Shown here: positions 24,460 through 34,287 of the stretch, one piece after another
How the letters are laid out: every line of letters starts with the position of its first letter
Position numbering within the stretch: position 1 is the first letter of the stretch
From: Epithemia pelagica
Lineage: Eukaryota > Protista > Bacillariophyta
DNA length: 64,000 nt
Reading direction: 5' to 3'
Assembly (NCBI GenBank): GCA_946965045.2
Contig: OX337241.1
Location: 1,426,001-1,490,000 of the forward strand
Program-made: the position numbers and the translations under genes
Notes under the pieces: generated by a model
The model's database searches: none
The model's input: the letters and a program-made list of their open reading frames with translations, nothing else
Told to the model about the DNA's origin: nothing

Positions 24460-25313
24460 ATACTGTTGCAATATGGAATCTCATCTCGAATACACGATTT
24501 GATGTTGAAATTTCGTTTTGTCTTTGTAGCAGTGATAGGAATGTTGTTCTCACTGAAGACGTTGCAGCGGCAGCCGAAGGAATCAAAAACGAATTCAAGG
24601 ATCTTGTAGACAAGATTATTAATCACGAGGGACGACTTGATGTGATTTCCATTATGAATGGTAATCAAGAGGGATATACAGAAGAGCACCAGTGTCAGAT
24701 GGGCACATGGGCAGACAGACCGGAATTCCTTGACGGATCCTTCATCTGGAAACAAAACTTCCTCGAGACATGTCTTGTTTGCGGTAAATTCACCTGTAAT
24801 CAACGGGTAACAATATACACATGCAAGCATTGTTTCCGTCCTTTACAAGTACCTGGGTCGTCTTCATCTTGTGATACCACTTGTGCAAAGACTCCCTGTA
24901 CTTCATCCATGAACATGTCCTTCGTATGGGAGTTCTGTATGACTTTAAGAGAGGCATTCCAAGCGTGTTTTGACTTCCACAAGTTTGGAAAAAACAGAAA
25001 GATTCCCTTTTTTGAATATATCCCAGCCGAAACTTGTGGGATCTTGACAAAAACGGTCGGTAAAGTATGGAGAGAAAAATTGGAGCCTTATTACGACGAG
25101 GATACCAAGTGGCGTAGTCCATCTCATTTCATTCACACCGAGAAACAATGGGCATTGTGGCTGATTTCTTCACCACCTGGTTGCTCCTTTCGCAACTATA
25201 TGCCTATTTTTACTGCATGTTATCATATAGCACAGGAAAATCCAAAGAAACACGCTGCTGGTGTACCACACCAGAGTGCTCGTAAGAAGCAAAAGACGTG
25301 GAATGCTCCCTGA
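24456..25313 (+). CDS. Hypothetical Cys-containing protein (285 aa) inside the element
   Basis: ORF with CLVC, CKHC and further Cys residues. No family recognised. Confidence 0.35.
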   Translation: MNTVAIWNLISNTRFDVEISFCLCSSDRNVVLTEDVAAAAEGIKNEFKDLVDKIINHEGRLDVISIMNGNQEGYTEEHQCQMGTWADRPEFLDGSFIWKQNFLETCLVCGKFTCNQRVTIYTCKHCFRPLQVPGSSSSCDTTCAKTPCTSSMNMSFVWEFCMTLREAFQACFDFHKFGKNRKIPFFEYIPAETCGILTKTVGKVWREKLEPYYDEDTKWRSPSHFIHTEKQWALWLISSPPGCSFRNYMPIFTACYHIAQENPKKHAAGVPHQSARKKQKTWNAP

Positions 25314-25352
25314 ATTTGTTTTTCCTTGGTGATGAATGCATCCAGAAAGAAT

Positions 25353-26720
25353 TTATAATGTTCCGCTACGAATGCCTTGAACCGTCTTGGTTATACCATG
25401 GTCCTCTCTTGTTTCGTTGACAGTTGCATTCATAGACCTGGAACTTACTGCCCAAAACCAACTAATAGTGTCGTTCTTCATGTTCCCATCTTTATGTTGT
25501 TTTTGTGTGTGTATTGACGTTCCATGCCGGATCACACGTCCATCCCATAGAACCGAAACCCCATGAAATAGTTGTATACAAAGACCATGGTATGTAGTAC
25601 CATCATACTCCACAAGAATATTCGGCAAAACAAAGAACCAATTTTGGGAGTCACCTGGGATTGTCTCTGTCCAGATTGCGAATGAAACAGAACCATCGTG
25701 AACATCATAATGTGTCGTGTTCATGAGGTTCAAACTCAGGGTAATGGCTGAGGTCATACCTCCGACTCTTCCTCCGAATTCACTAGGCATTTCTTCGCCA
25801 GCTGAATCTTCTAGATACCGGAATGTTGGAATCACCCCAGGATATTCGCGTTCACAGAACCTTTTTGCCGCTGTACTTATTTTCGGCAGTATCATCGATA
25901 ATGTCTTGTCCTTTGTAAATAATTTCTCGGAAACGAAAGTAGAACCGTTTCCTCTTGCCGCAGTATTACCAACAGTAGTCATAGATCCCAAGTCTCCCTT
26001 ATTACATCTGGCATTGGCCGCCTTTCTCAGAGACCCAGTACGTGTAAATTCCCTTGCTCTGTAGTGTAATAGGTCCAACAACGTCTGGTCCTTCCGTAAC
26101 AGGGATGTCACTCGAATGTAACTAAGTGACTCTGGTCTCCCATCATTTCGGCGTGTCCGAACAAAGAAAGTTATGTTTCCCCGAATACGATGGTCGTATA
26201 CCAGTGGCCTTGGGTGTGTACCGGACGACATTTGCAACCATAGGTTTCGATGCAAAGCACCACTAACATATCTCCGACTCCCTTTCTTATTTGAGTCATT
26301 CCTGTTTATAATCAGCCTTGTTTGATATTGTTCCCGTGACATGTGATGTGTCATCGACTGTTTATTCCCTGGCTTTTCGATCTTTCCCTTGTCATCGAGG
26401 TACACGTCAGGAGGTAAAAGTGGGCTCCCATCCTCCACATCGGACCATTGGTAACATTCCTTCACAGTTTTGCCATTATTAGTAAGATGTTCACCCCAAT
26501 CTAGACTCCAACAACGATGAATCTTTTTCAAGAATGCATTACTTGCAGGTTGGCCATCTTTGTGTCGCAGACGTAACCAAGACAACGGTAGTGGGACTGA
26601 TGACGATGTGATGTTGGACGACCTTGATAGTTCTTGAAATTGACGCACACATGTATAAAAAAACCCCAGCCAAAGGGAAGAGGATAATGATATCTCTGAA
26701 GAGGTGATCATTTTCGTCAA
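25353..26720 (-). CDS. TET/JBP-like Fe(II)-dependent dioxygenase
   Basis: GDLGSMTTVG; NTTHYDVHD (HxD at 25704-25712); FVLPNI; GVSVLWDGRVIRHGTS (distal His at 25524-25526). Spacing and context match the TET/JBP double-stranded beta-helix. Confidence 0.72.
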   Translation of the reverse strand: MTKMITSSEISLSSSLWLGFFYTCVRQFQELSRSSNITSSSVPLPLSWLRLRHKDGQPASNAFLKKIHRCWSLDWGEHLTNNGKTVKECYQWSDVEDGSPLLPPDVYLDDKGKIEKPGNKQSMTHHMSREQYQTRLIINRNDSNKKGSRRYVSGALHRNLWLQMSSGTHPRPLVYDHRIRGNITFFVRTRRNDGRPESLSYIRVTSLLRKDQTLLDLLHYRAREFTRTGSLRKAANARCNKGDLGSMTTVGNTAARGNGSTFVSEKLFTKDKTLSMILPKISTAAKRFCEREYPGVIPTFRYLEDSAGEEMPSEFGGRVGGMTSAITLSLNLMNTTHYDVHDGSVSFAIWTETIPGDSQNWFFVLPNILVEYDGTTYHGLCIQLFHGVSVLWDGRVIRHGTSIHTQKQHKDGNMKNDTISWFWAVSSRSMNATVNETREDHGITKTVQGIRSGTL

Positions 26721-27342
26721 GACATAAATTTTTGTTAGTCCGAATCATCATGACAGGATCTTCGAATATAGAGGACGACACATGTGTTGTCTTTTTCCTG
26801 ATTTCTCTATATCTTGTCCTCGACAAGGTACATTCCAATATGAATGCATTGTGGATCGTTTTAGTTACAAGACCCACCGGGATTTGAGCAACAATCATAG
26901 GACAACATTCTGGTATAATGTTCGAATGACTGACAACGTCATCTCTTGTCTCCACAACATCATCCATAGCCTTGTTGTATATTTCTGGGATACGTGCAAA
27001 GACACTCGGGATATCTTTCATATCGACCTTCCGTTGTATCATATCCTTTTCGAACGACAAACCAAAACAATCTTGATCGTCGTAACTTCCAAAGTAACGC
27101 TGCAGTAGATGCGATAGCATCCTTATTCGATCGATGTCCTTGTCTAAGACAAAGTAGCACATTCTTTCATGTGCACTTTCGTTCCGATGCGACATGGCGA
27201 CCACTGTTTCACTTATACGTTGCGTTTTCTTCTTTTCGTACTTGGCATAGGTCTCCTGTGTACATGTGAGTCTCGAAATCGTCTGATCCGATGCCATATC
27301 TTCGAAAGTGGGACGAATATGTTTCTTCTTTATGGATGTCAC
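26539..27342 (-). CDS. Hypothetical ORF (267 aa), possibly the frameshifted N-terminus of the dioxygenase gene
   Basis: Same strand and overlaps 25353-26720 by about 180 bp. An A7 run near 26657-26663 is a candidate slip site. Confidence 0.4.
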   Translation of the reverse strand: MTSIKKKHIRPTFEDMASDQTISRLTCTQETYAKYEKKKTQRISETVVAMSHRNESAHERMCYFVLDKDIDRIRMLSHLLQRYFGSYDDQDCFGLSFEKDMIQRKVDMKDIPSVFARIPEIYNKAMDDVVETRDDVVSHSNIIPECCPMIVAQIPVGLVTKTIHNAFILECTLSRTRYREIRKKTTHVSSSIFEDPVMMIRTNKNLCLDENDHLFRDIIILFPLAGVFLYMCASISRTIKVVQHHIVISPTTVVLVTSATQRWPTCK

Positions 27343-27554
27343 CTCCGCTCTAGGATGTGTGCTTGTCGTTTCCGAACTTCTTGTAGTACAAAGACATAGT
27401 TAGTACGCGGATAGAAATGCCAAATACCTGAAACTAGAACGTCTCTTCTCTTGATGGAGAGTACTAATAATATAGATCAGACTTGCCTTTTCGCTTCTGT
27501 GTTACTGATCGTGACAGTAGAAGATTCAGTTTGGTCTCTCCTATTCTTCTCCCT

Positions 27555-30488
27555 TTATTGTTCTTTACTCATGAAACGGAGAGTTTCCAACGGTACACGA
27601 CCCCATGCTGTCTCTGGAAATACAGGGACCGGTCTGTAGAGACCACGATGTTCCTCTTTTGACACACCAACTTCTTCAACTGAACCATCATGTGCATTGG
27701 TGTACGTAATCGAAGCAATATCTCCGTTGCACAAGGGGCAACTCTCGTTCATTTCACGAGGTGTCGATTTCTGTTTCCCCATAGGAACTTGTTTTTCGGT
27801 GGTAAGGACATGACCAAGACACACCCGACAAAACTTGTGCCCGCATCTCTCGATCCGACAGTCGTTAGGACGCTGTCCATGGCATATGGCACAATATTGT
27901 TCGGAGTCTTCATCATATTCGTCTAGGACGATTGTCTTGTCTTTCTTCGCGATTAATTCTGTCTCATGTAGATCGTGCGGTATTAGCTCAGCATGACTAT
28001 GACCACATATGGAACAAAATCGATTCTTCACCGAATTCCGGATGAAAGTACATGTTGGACAATGATAATGAGGACAGTTGGAGGTTTCTTGCCTTGTCCA
28101 ACTCACGATAGAAAAGGTCCGACTTCTATCCAGATCCTTTTTAAGCAATGAGGTCCCACAAGTGGAACAGAGTGCCTCTTTCTGATCTTCATCGTTCAAT
28201 GTTCGTACCAGATCCAAAAATCGCCGATCTTTGCGAAGTCGTTTGAGCGCCTTGTCCGCTCCTGTAATCTCTTGTATCACTTTAATGTCCTCGAATCGTT
28301 CATCGTCGGAATCCAGCACATCTTCCATTACCTCCCCTCGATCTTTCCCTTCCATTATAAACCGGCGACTGCGTTTGATCCTTGGACGTGTATCGTCATT
28401 AACGTCCTTGAAACATACACGCAGAGTCGAATCACGTTTCGCTTTATTGATAGCCGTACTCACGATATGATTGCAGGCCTTGTGACATTCTCGCCTACAC
28501 GATGGCAATTCTTGAGCCCATTTCCCCATCATCTGATCACAGGACATATTAGGGGACGCCTTTGACAGGATCTCGTCGATCACACATATTATTGATACTT
28601 GGGGAAGCGTACACGCACTTGGTGCCACCGGATTCGGATACTTCTTATAAATGAATCTCCAGTCACATCCAACGAGCTCTTCCTTTATATCAACGCTCAA
28701 GAATGATTGGATTTTCTTATCGTCGTCCAATAGCCTTAGTTTCCGTAGACATCGAATCACTGTAGGCCTCCACGAGCGAATATCCCTTGTCGATAATGGA
28801 TCGAATATCAACACTTCTCTTTGATGTGCTTGTAAGAGGATTAAGACGGGATCAAAAGCTTCATACTTGGAAGTGACGACGACCAATGTAGTATCGGAAG
28901 ACGACGAACTCAAATCCATTGCAGTCGTTGTGTCCATTCTCAGACTATCTTCGTCGATTTGCTCAAAGGAAACGGACTTGTTGTGCCATTTATGAACCAC
29001 CAGCACAAGCATCGACCTGAAAATGAGGGGAGGGATCCCCTTAAACTTAGTCGTCTCTTGAGTATTCGTCCGTAGCAAAAGGTTTCGTCTGTACTGGCGA
29101 TGTGGGACAAAAAGGACGTCCATTTTCCCATTGTCATGTTGTAGAGAACCATTCTTGTTGGTACAGCAAGCACAGGTAAAGACAAATCGCAAAACAACTT
29201 CATGGATGCTTCCCTTACGTCTAACGGCACTTTTTTTACAGAGATCCCAAGCTTCATTGATCGCTGACATCGACTGTTTGAGGGACCAGTTAGCCATATG
29301 AATCAAACGGTCGTTAGTGAAAGATGCAAGGTCGTCTGATGGACCAGGTTTATTCTTGAGAGGAGGTGGTTTCTTTGGTATTCCTTTAGGTTTGTCGCTA
29401 CCGTGGTCAACATGTGATTTACTTTCCAACAGACCCACCTTCGATTGAGAGGAAGATTTTTTTGTCGTCGCTTGTTTTCCTTTTTGTGGTTTCTTTTTCA
29501 ATGCAAGAGTATCAAAAATGGAACTCCGATCCTCCTCGGTCGCTGACAGAGACTGAGATGGTGATTTGCTCTCGTTATTTGAAACAGTGAAAATGGTAGA
29601 ACTTGTTGCACCATCACATTTACTGTCTGACGCTCGTTTACGGCGTTTCCTGTCTTGAGATCGTTGTTCATGTCGCCCCTTCTGATACTCCTTCGTCTTT
29701 GTAGCGTATTCCCGTTCCGTCGTCTGGTAATATGAAATTAGAACCGCCAAATTGGAATAGTCGTTTGCGGGATACTTAGCAGCTCTTGGTATGTCAAAAT
29801 AAGGACAAAACCAGCAATCAGGAAGTGTAAGGGCTAATGCTTTTTCAACATCGACTCCTTCCATTTCATAGGAGTCAGATTCCAATACCCGATAGACAGC
29901 TGCCATATGTTGAACGCTCCAAACCATTTCTCGGACTGGTATTGTTCTGTCTTTCCGAAACTTTGATCTATCAGACGTCATGTAGTCCAATATTTTTGCA
30001 GCCACGACATTAAGCCGTCTCTCCATCGAATACGAGTTGAGGACAATATCAGCGAGCATAGGATGGGCTCCAAGAAACACCTTGAGGGATCGAGTAAAGC
30101 TTGCGCTCGACTTTGATCTTGTCGTGCACGGGAATTCCTTGTCCCACAGACGAAGTGCGTCTCCATATAGAGTTTGTTCGAATAGGTCGATTCCTGGTGA
30201 AATAAAACTACCAGCTCCGTCACTCTTATTTCCCTCTTGTTGTTCTTCGATCGTCTCTACAAGTCTCAGTATCTTCGGGAAACAAACAGCAGCATGCGAG
30301 GCGATATCACTGAAAATACTTGATCCACAGCGCAAGAGGGATACGAATATGGTTTCACCTCCATATGTAGTGGAGAAATCTGTCCAATTATCAGTGTTGG
30401 AATAAACAGAATGATACCACTCGATTGTATATTCATAGCATATCAAATCTGGGAAATATCGATCGAAATCTTCTACCGAATCAGCCAT
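27555..30488 (-). CDS. 977-aa protein with a C-terminal C3HC4 RING, an NZF/RanBP2-like finger and a possible degenerate Ulp1-like fold
   Basis: CAIC...CGHKFCRVC...CPLC; CPTCTFIRNSVKNRFCSICG; VLILLQAHQREVLIFDPL resembles Ulp1/SENP strands, but no catalytic His/Cys is evident. Confidence 0.75.
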   Translation of the reverse strand: MADSVEDFDRYFPDLICYEYTIEWYHSVYSNTDNWTDFSTTYGGETIFVSLLRCGSSIFSDIASHAAVCFPKILRLVETIEEQQEGNKSDGAGSFISPGIDLFEQTLYGDALRLWDKEFPCTTRSKSSASFTRSLKVFLGAHPMLADIVLNSYSMERRLNVVAAKILDYMTSDRSKFRKDRTIPVREMVWSVQHMAAVYRVLESDSYEMEGVDVEKALALTLPDCWFCPYFDIPRAAKYPANDYSNLAVLISYYQTTEREYATKTKEYQKGRHEQRSQDRKRRKRASDSKCDGATSSTIFTVSNNESKSPSQSLSATEEDRSSIFDTLALKKKPQKGKQATTKKSSSQSKVGLLESKSHVDHGSDKPKGIPKKPPPLKNKPGPSDDLASFTNDRLIHMANWSLKQSMSAINEAWDLCKKSAVRRKGSIHEVVLRFVFTCACCTNKNGSLQHDNGKMDVLFVPHRQYRRNLLLRTNTQETTKFKGIPPLIFRSMLVLVVHKWHNKSVSFEQIDEDSLRMDTTTAMDLSSSSSDTTLVVVTSKYEAFDPVLILLQAHQREVLIFDPLSTRDIRSWRPTVIRCLRKLRLLDDDKKIQSFLSVDIKEELVGCDWRFIYKKYPNPVAPSACTLPQVSIICVIDEILSKASPNMSCDQMMGKWAQELPSCRRECHKACNHIVSTAINKAKRDSTLRVCFKDVNDDTRPRIKRSRRFIMEGKDRGEVMEDVLDSDDERFEDIKVIQEITGADKALKRLRKDRRFLDLVRTLNDEDQKEALCSTCGTSLLKKDLDRSRTFSIVSWTRQETSNCPHYHCPTCTFIRNSVKNRFCSICGHSHAELIPHDLHETELIAKKDKTIVLDEYDEDSEQYCAICHGQRPNDCRIERCGHKFCRVCLGHVLTTEKQVPMGKQKSTPREMNESCPLCNGDIASITYTNAHDGSVEEVGVSKEEHRGLYRPVPVFPETAWGRVPLETLRFMSKEQ

Positions 30489-30609
30489 ATTAACGTGCGA
30501 TTCAATCAGCTTGGGGAAGAAACAAGGAGAAATTTTCTTTCGATGCAGGGTTCCGATGCAACTTGATACTACCGTTTCTCAAGCTTGCGTGATGGAAACC
30601 CTGGAGGGT

Positions 30610-32230
30610 CTTGGTCCATAGGGATGGAGGAGTGAAGGATATGGGTGTACCAACTTGATGTCTCGGTCCTTCCAGTCAAGAATCAGTAGCAAATACAACA
30701 ATCCAATAGGGTCTTGGTCGATAGAGATGGAAGAGGGAAGTATGGGGGCGCACCAACTTGGTGTCTCGGCCCTTCAACAGAACCACCAATCAAGATACAG
30801 CAATCCAATGGGGTCTTCTTGGTCAATGTAGATGAAGGAGGGAAGGAGAGGGGTGCACCAACTTGGTGTCTTGGCCCTTGTTCCAATCGGGAAGGAGTAG
30901 CAACACAGCAATCCAACAAGGTCTTGGTCGATGGAGATGGAGGAGTGAAAATTGGGTGCACCAACTTGGTGTCTTGATCCTTGTTCCAATCGAGAAGGAG
31001 TGGCAACACAGCAATCCAACAGGGTCTTGGTCGATGGAGATGGAGGAGGGAAGGAGAGGGGTGCACCAACTTGGTGTCTCGGCCCTTGTTCCAATCGGGA
31101 AGGAGTAGCAACACAGCAATCCAACAAGGTCTTGGTCGATGGAGATGGAGGGGTGAAGGAAATGGGTGCACCAACTTGGTGTCTCAGCCCTTGTTCCAAT
31201 CGGGAAGGAGTAGCAACACAGCGATCCAACAAGGTCTTGGTCGATGGAGATGGAGGGGTGAAGGAAATGGGTGCACCAACTTGGTGTCTCAGCCCTTGTT
31301 CCAATCGGGAAGGAGTAGCAACACAGCAATCCAACAGGGTCTTGGTCGATGGAGATGGAGGAGGGAAGGAGAGGGGTGCACCAACTTGGTGTCTCAGCCC
31401 TTGTTCCAATCGGGAAGGAGTAGCAACACAGCGATCCAACAAGGTCTTGGTCGATGGAGATGGAGGGGTGAAGGAAATGGGTGCACCAACTTGGTGTCTC
31501 AGCCCTTGTTCCAATCGGGAAGGAGTAGCAACACAGCAATCCAACAGGGTCTTGGTCGATGGAAATGGAGGGGTGAAGGAAATGGGTGCACCAACTTGGT
31601 GTCTAGGCCCTTGTTCCAATCGAGAAGGAGTAGCAACACAGCGATCCAACAAGGTCTTGGTCGATGGAAATGGAGGGGTGAAGGAAATGGGTGCACCAAC
31701 TTGGTGTCTCAGCCCTTGTTCCAATCGGGAAGGAGTAGCAACACAGCAATCCAACAGGGTCTTGGTCGATGGAAATGGAGGGGTGAAGGAAATGGGTGCA
31801 CCAACTTGGTGTCTCGGCCCTTGTTCCAATTGAGAAGGAGTAGCAACACAGCAATCCAACAGGGTCTTGGTCGATGGAAATGGAGGGGTGAAGGAAATGG
31901 GTGCACCAACTTGGTGTCTCGGCCCTTGTTCCAATTGAGAAGGAGTAGCAACACAGCAATCCAACAGGGTCTTGGTCGATGGAGATGGAGGGGTGAAGGA
32001 AGTGGGTGCACCAACTTGGTGTCTTTTGCCCTTTGTTCAATAGAATCCTCACCAATCCGACCGTTCAGATCGTTGAAAATGGTCTTATGGGATAATAGGA
32101 GGGAAGAAGCAGCGGCAATCCAGCAATCCAACCAGTTTTGGTTGATGGAAATTGATGGGAGAATGAAATGGGTGCACCAACTTGGTGTCTTCGCCCTTTT
32201 TCAAACAGAACCACCAATCCAGTCGTTCAG
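30610..32230. repeat. 105-bp tandem array, about 13 regular units plus degenerate flanking copies
   Basis: The CACCAACTTGGTG core recurs at 30751, 30856, 30959, 31064, 31169, 31274, 31379, 31484, 31589, 31694, 31799, 31904, 32009 and 32175. Confidence 0.95.
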
Positions 32231-32444
32231 AGCGTTGAAAATTGTCTTGTGGGATGATAGGAGGGAAGAAATAGTTGCCAAACAGCGATCACATGGTTGG
32301 GTTTTCATGGAAACAGAAGAAAATGATTAGTGGGCATATAGGAAAACGACAAAACGAACTCTCACTGTTGTCTTGTCGACTTGGCTTACCTAGCACCTTT
32401 CCAATTTGAAAAAGGAAATGATTCTCTTTGTGTTCGCCTGTTTG

Positions 32445-32512
32445 TTGTAGCTGTTGTTGTTGTTGTTGCTGTTGTGTTGTTGTTGTTGTTGTTGTTGTTG
32501 TTGCTGCTGCTG
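32445..32512 (+). repeat. (GTT)n / (GCT)n microsatellite
   Basis: Visible trinucleotide run. Confidence 0.9.
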
Positions 32513-32809
32513 TGTGTTTTTTGGGGCGTTGGGGGTTGGTGTGAGTTGGATGAGGCACTCTATGACTCTATCGTCAAAAAGTGATCACAAAAGTGGGAGA
32601 GTATATCTTTTGTGTGGTTGTTGTGTGAGGAAAATCTAATTTTCAGCGTTCTTCTGTGATTTTGTGTCCATTGTTCTTCGTATGTCACTGTGACGTGATT
32701 TGGTGGTGGAGGAGAAATTTGTGGGTCGCTTTTGGAGTTTACGTGCGACTGGAATACTAGGCGTTATATGTGTAGCTAGTAGTTAGGTATCTAGGCAAAG
32801 GTTAGGCTC

Positions 32810-33000
32810 TGTGCACGCGTTTCCACATACAATAAACATGCTCACGCGGGTGTCAACACGTTTCACGCGTTGTCTACACGTTTCACGCGCATTCACGCGC
32901 AATCTGGAGCGCCACGCGCTTCGTACGCGCCAAATGCGCGTGATCCGTGTTCTGGGGGTGCTGCACGCGCCTATTGGGCGTGTGTCACGCGCCTGTTGGT
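32810..33000. repeat. Cluster of about ten (C/T)ACGCG motifs next to the right TIR
   Basis: Repeated cacgcg / tacgcg, including ttcacgcg three times. The same motif occurs near the left TIR (about 18444 and 18471). Confidence 0.8.
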
Positions 33001-33042
33001 GGAATTCCAGTCACTTATCTTCAAAAAACCTCCTTAGACGAG

Positions 33043-34287
33043 ATACCTCCATCACCAAGATCAAGTAACCAGCTAGTGGAGTACGTACCTTTGAGAGGAG
33101 AGAGTAAGCTCGAGAGCTTTCATGATAATTTGACGCATTTTGCCAACTGTGGCATGCGAGAAACTCTCGCAGATGCTTTGAATTTGGCAGGCACGGCCCA
33201 GTATAACAGGGCAATTCGTCACAAGATGAGAATCATGACAAAGTCTCAAGAAGAACGTTCAGTGGTGCCTGCAGGATGGGAAATGGTGGTGAGTTTTGGT
33301 AACGCATGCAAAACAAACATGATCAATATACTTGCCTCGATGTCTGGAGCTTCTCGTCCTCCCTTTCCAGAGGTTGAGAAGCTTCCAGAAGATACGGGAG
33401 AAAGGTTTTTCTCCGAGTACCTGGAAACGAGAAAAGAAATCACGCAACAAGTTCCAAAGCATCCACTCAACGATCGATGCCAGTGCCGAAAATGTGCGAG
33501 CAACAAGAAGAGGTTGCCGCATGACACGTCCATTCCATTGTTGGGTTTGGCAGAGGAGGAGTCAGAGGTCGAAGATGAAATCCAACAACAGGACAGCGAG
33601 GAGAATCCAGCCAAAATACAACAACCACAGACACAGCCAGAAACACAACAACAGACACGGCAAGAAACGCAACAACAGACACAACAACAAGAAACAGCAC
33701 AAGCACAGGCAATCAGTAGCAATAAGAGAAAGGAAAGAGAGGGAGAAGAAAAAGAGAGCGACGATTTGGATGAGAACAACACCAGCAACAAAAAGCAAAA
33801 GGTTACAAACAACAGCGAAGCCTTACCAACAACAACGATGGCAGCAACAAATCAATCAGCAGCGACAGTGCAGGATCAACAACAACAACACAAAAAGCCT
33901 CAAAATGCAGCAAACAGCACACCTGCAATGGCAACAACAGCAAATGGGTTGGTGATACTGCAATCGGCAACAACAACAACGACAACAAGACAGAAAAACC
34001 AACCTGTCAACCCGTACAAGCAAAATCAGCAACGGCCAACAACACTCCCCGGTCAACAGCAATCCCCCTTTGCATTCCACAGCAATCCCCATGGCTGGGG
34101 TGGTCTTCAATCCGTCCCAACATGTATGCCCACCTTTCCTCCCTTCGGACCACCACCTCGTGTCCAAACCCAGTTCTGTTGCGTCAAGTACATGAAGTAC
34201 TGCGTAGAACGAAGGAAAGGACGTCCACCCCATGACCGACGCTGCCCCAAACGAGCCTTGAACAAGGCACCATCTTCATTCTCTTGA
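33043..34287 (+). pseudogene. 3' part of DDE-like transposase copy A
   Basis: RGESKLESFHDNLTHF, PEDTGERFFSEYL and terminal CC...GRPPHDRRC are colinear with the C-terminus of the 41968 ORF. Confidence 0.88.

Larger units (their letters stand above)
18429..33040. mobile_element. 14,612-bp Plavaka/CACTA-like DNA transposon with cargo genes
   Basis: TIR CGTCTAAGG (18429-18437) / CCTTAGACG (33032-33040). AG is duplicated at 18427-18428 and 33041-33042. Removing the element and one AG rejoins the host transposase in frame (YRE|IPPSPRS). Confidence 0.9.

Noticed and set aside
30610-32230. CRISPR array
   Set aside because: The whole 105-bp unit repeats with no unique spacers, there are no cas genes, and the context is eukaryotic.
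30683-32330. Long repetitive ORFs (396, 449, 293 aa and others) over the array
   Set aside because: A unit length divisible by 3 keeps several frames open on both strands, so there is no evidence for a real protein.
32947-33040. Start of ORF 32947-34287 as a genuine N-terminus
   Set aside because: It lies in the inserted element's right end; homology starts at 33041.
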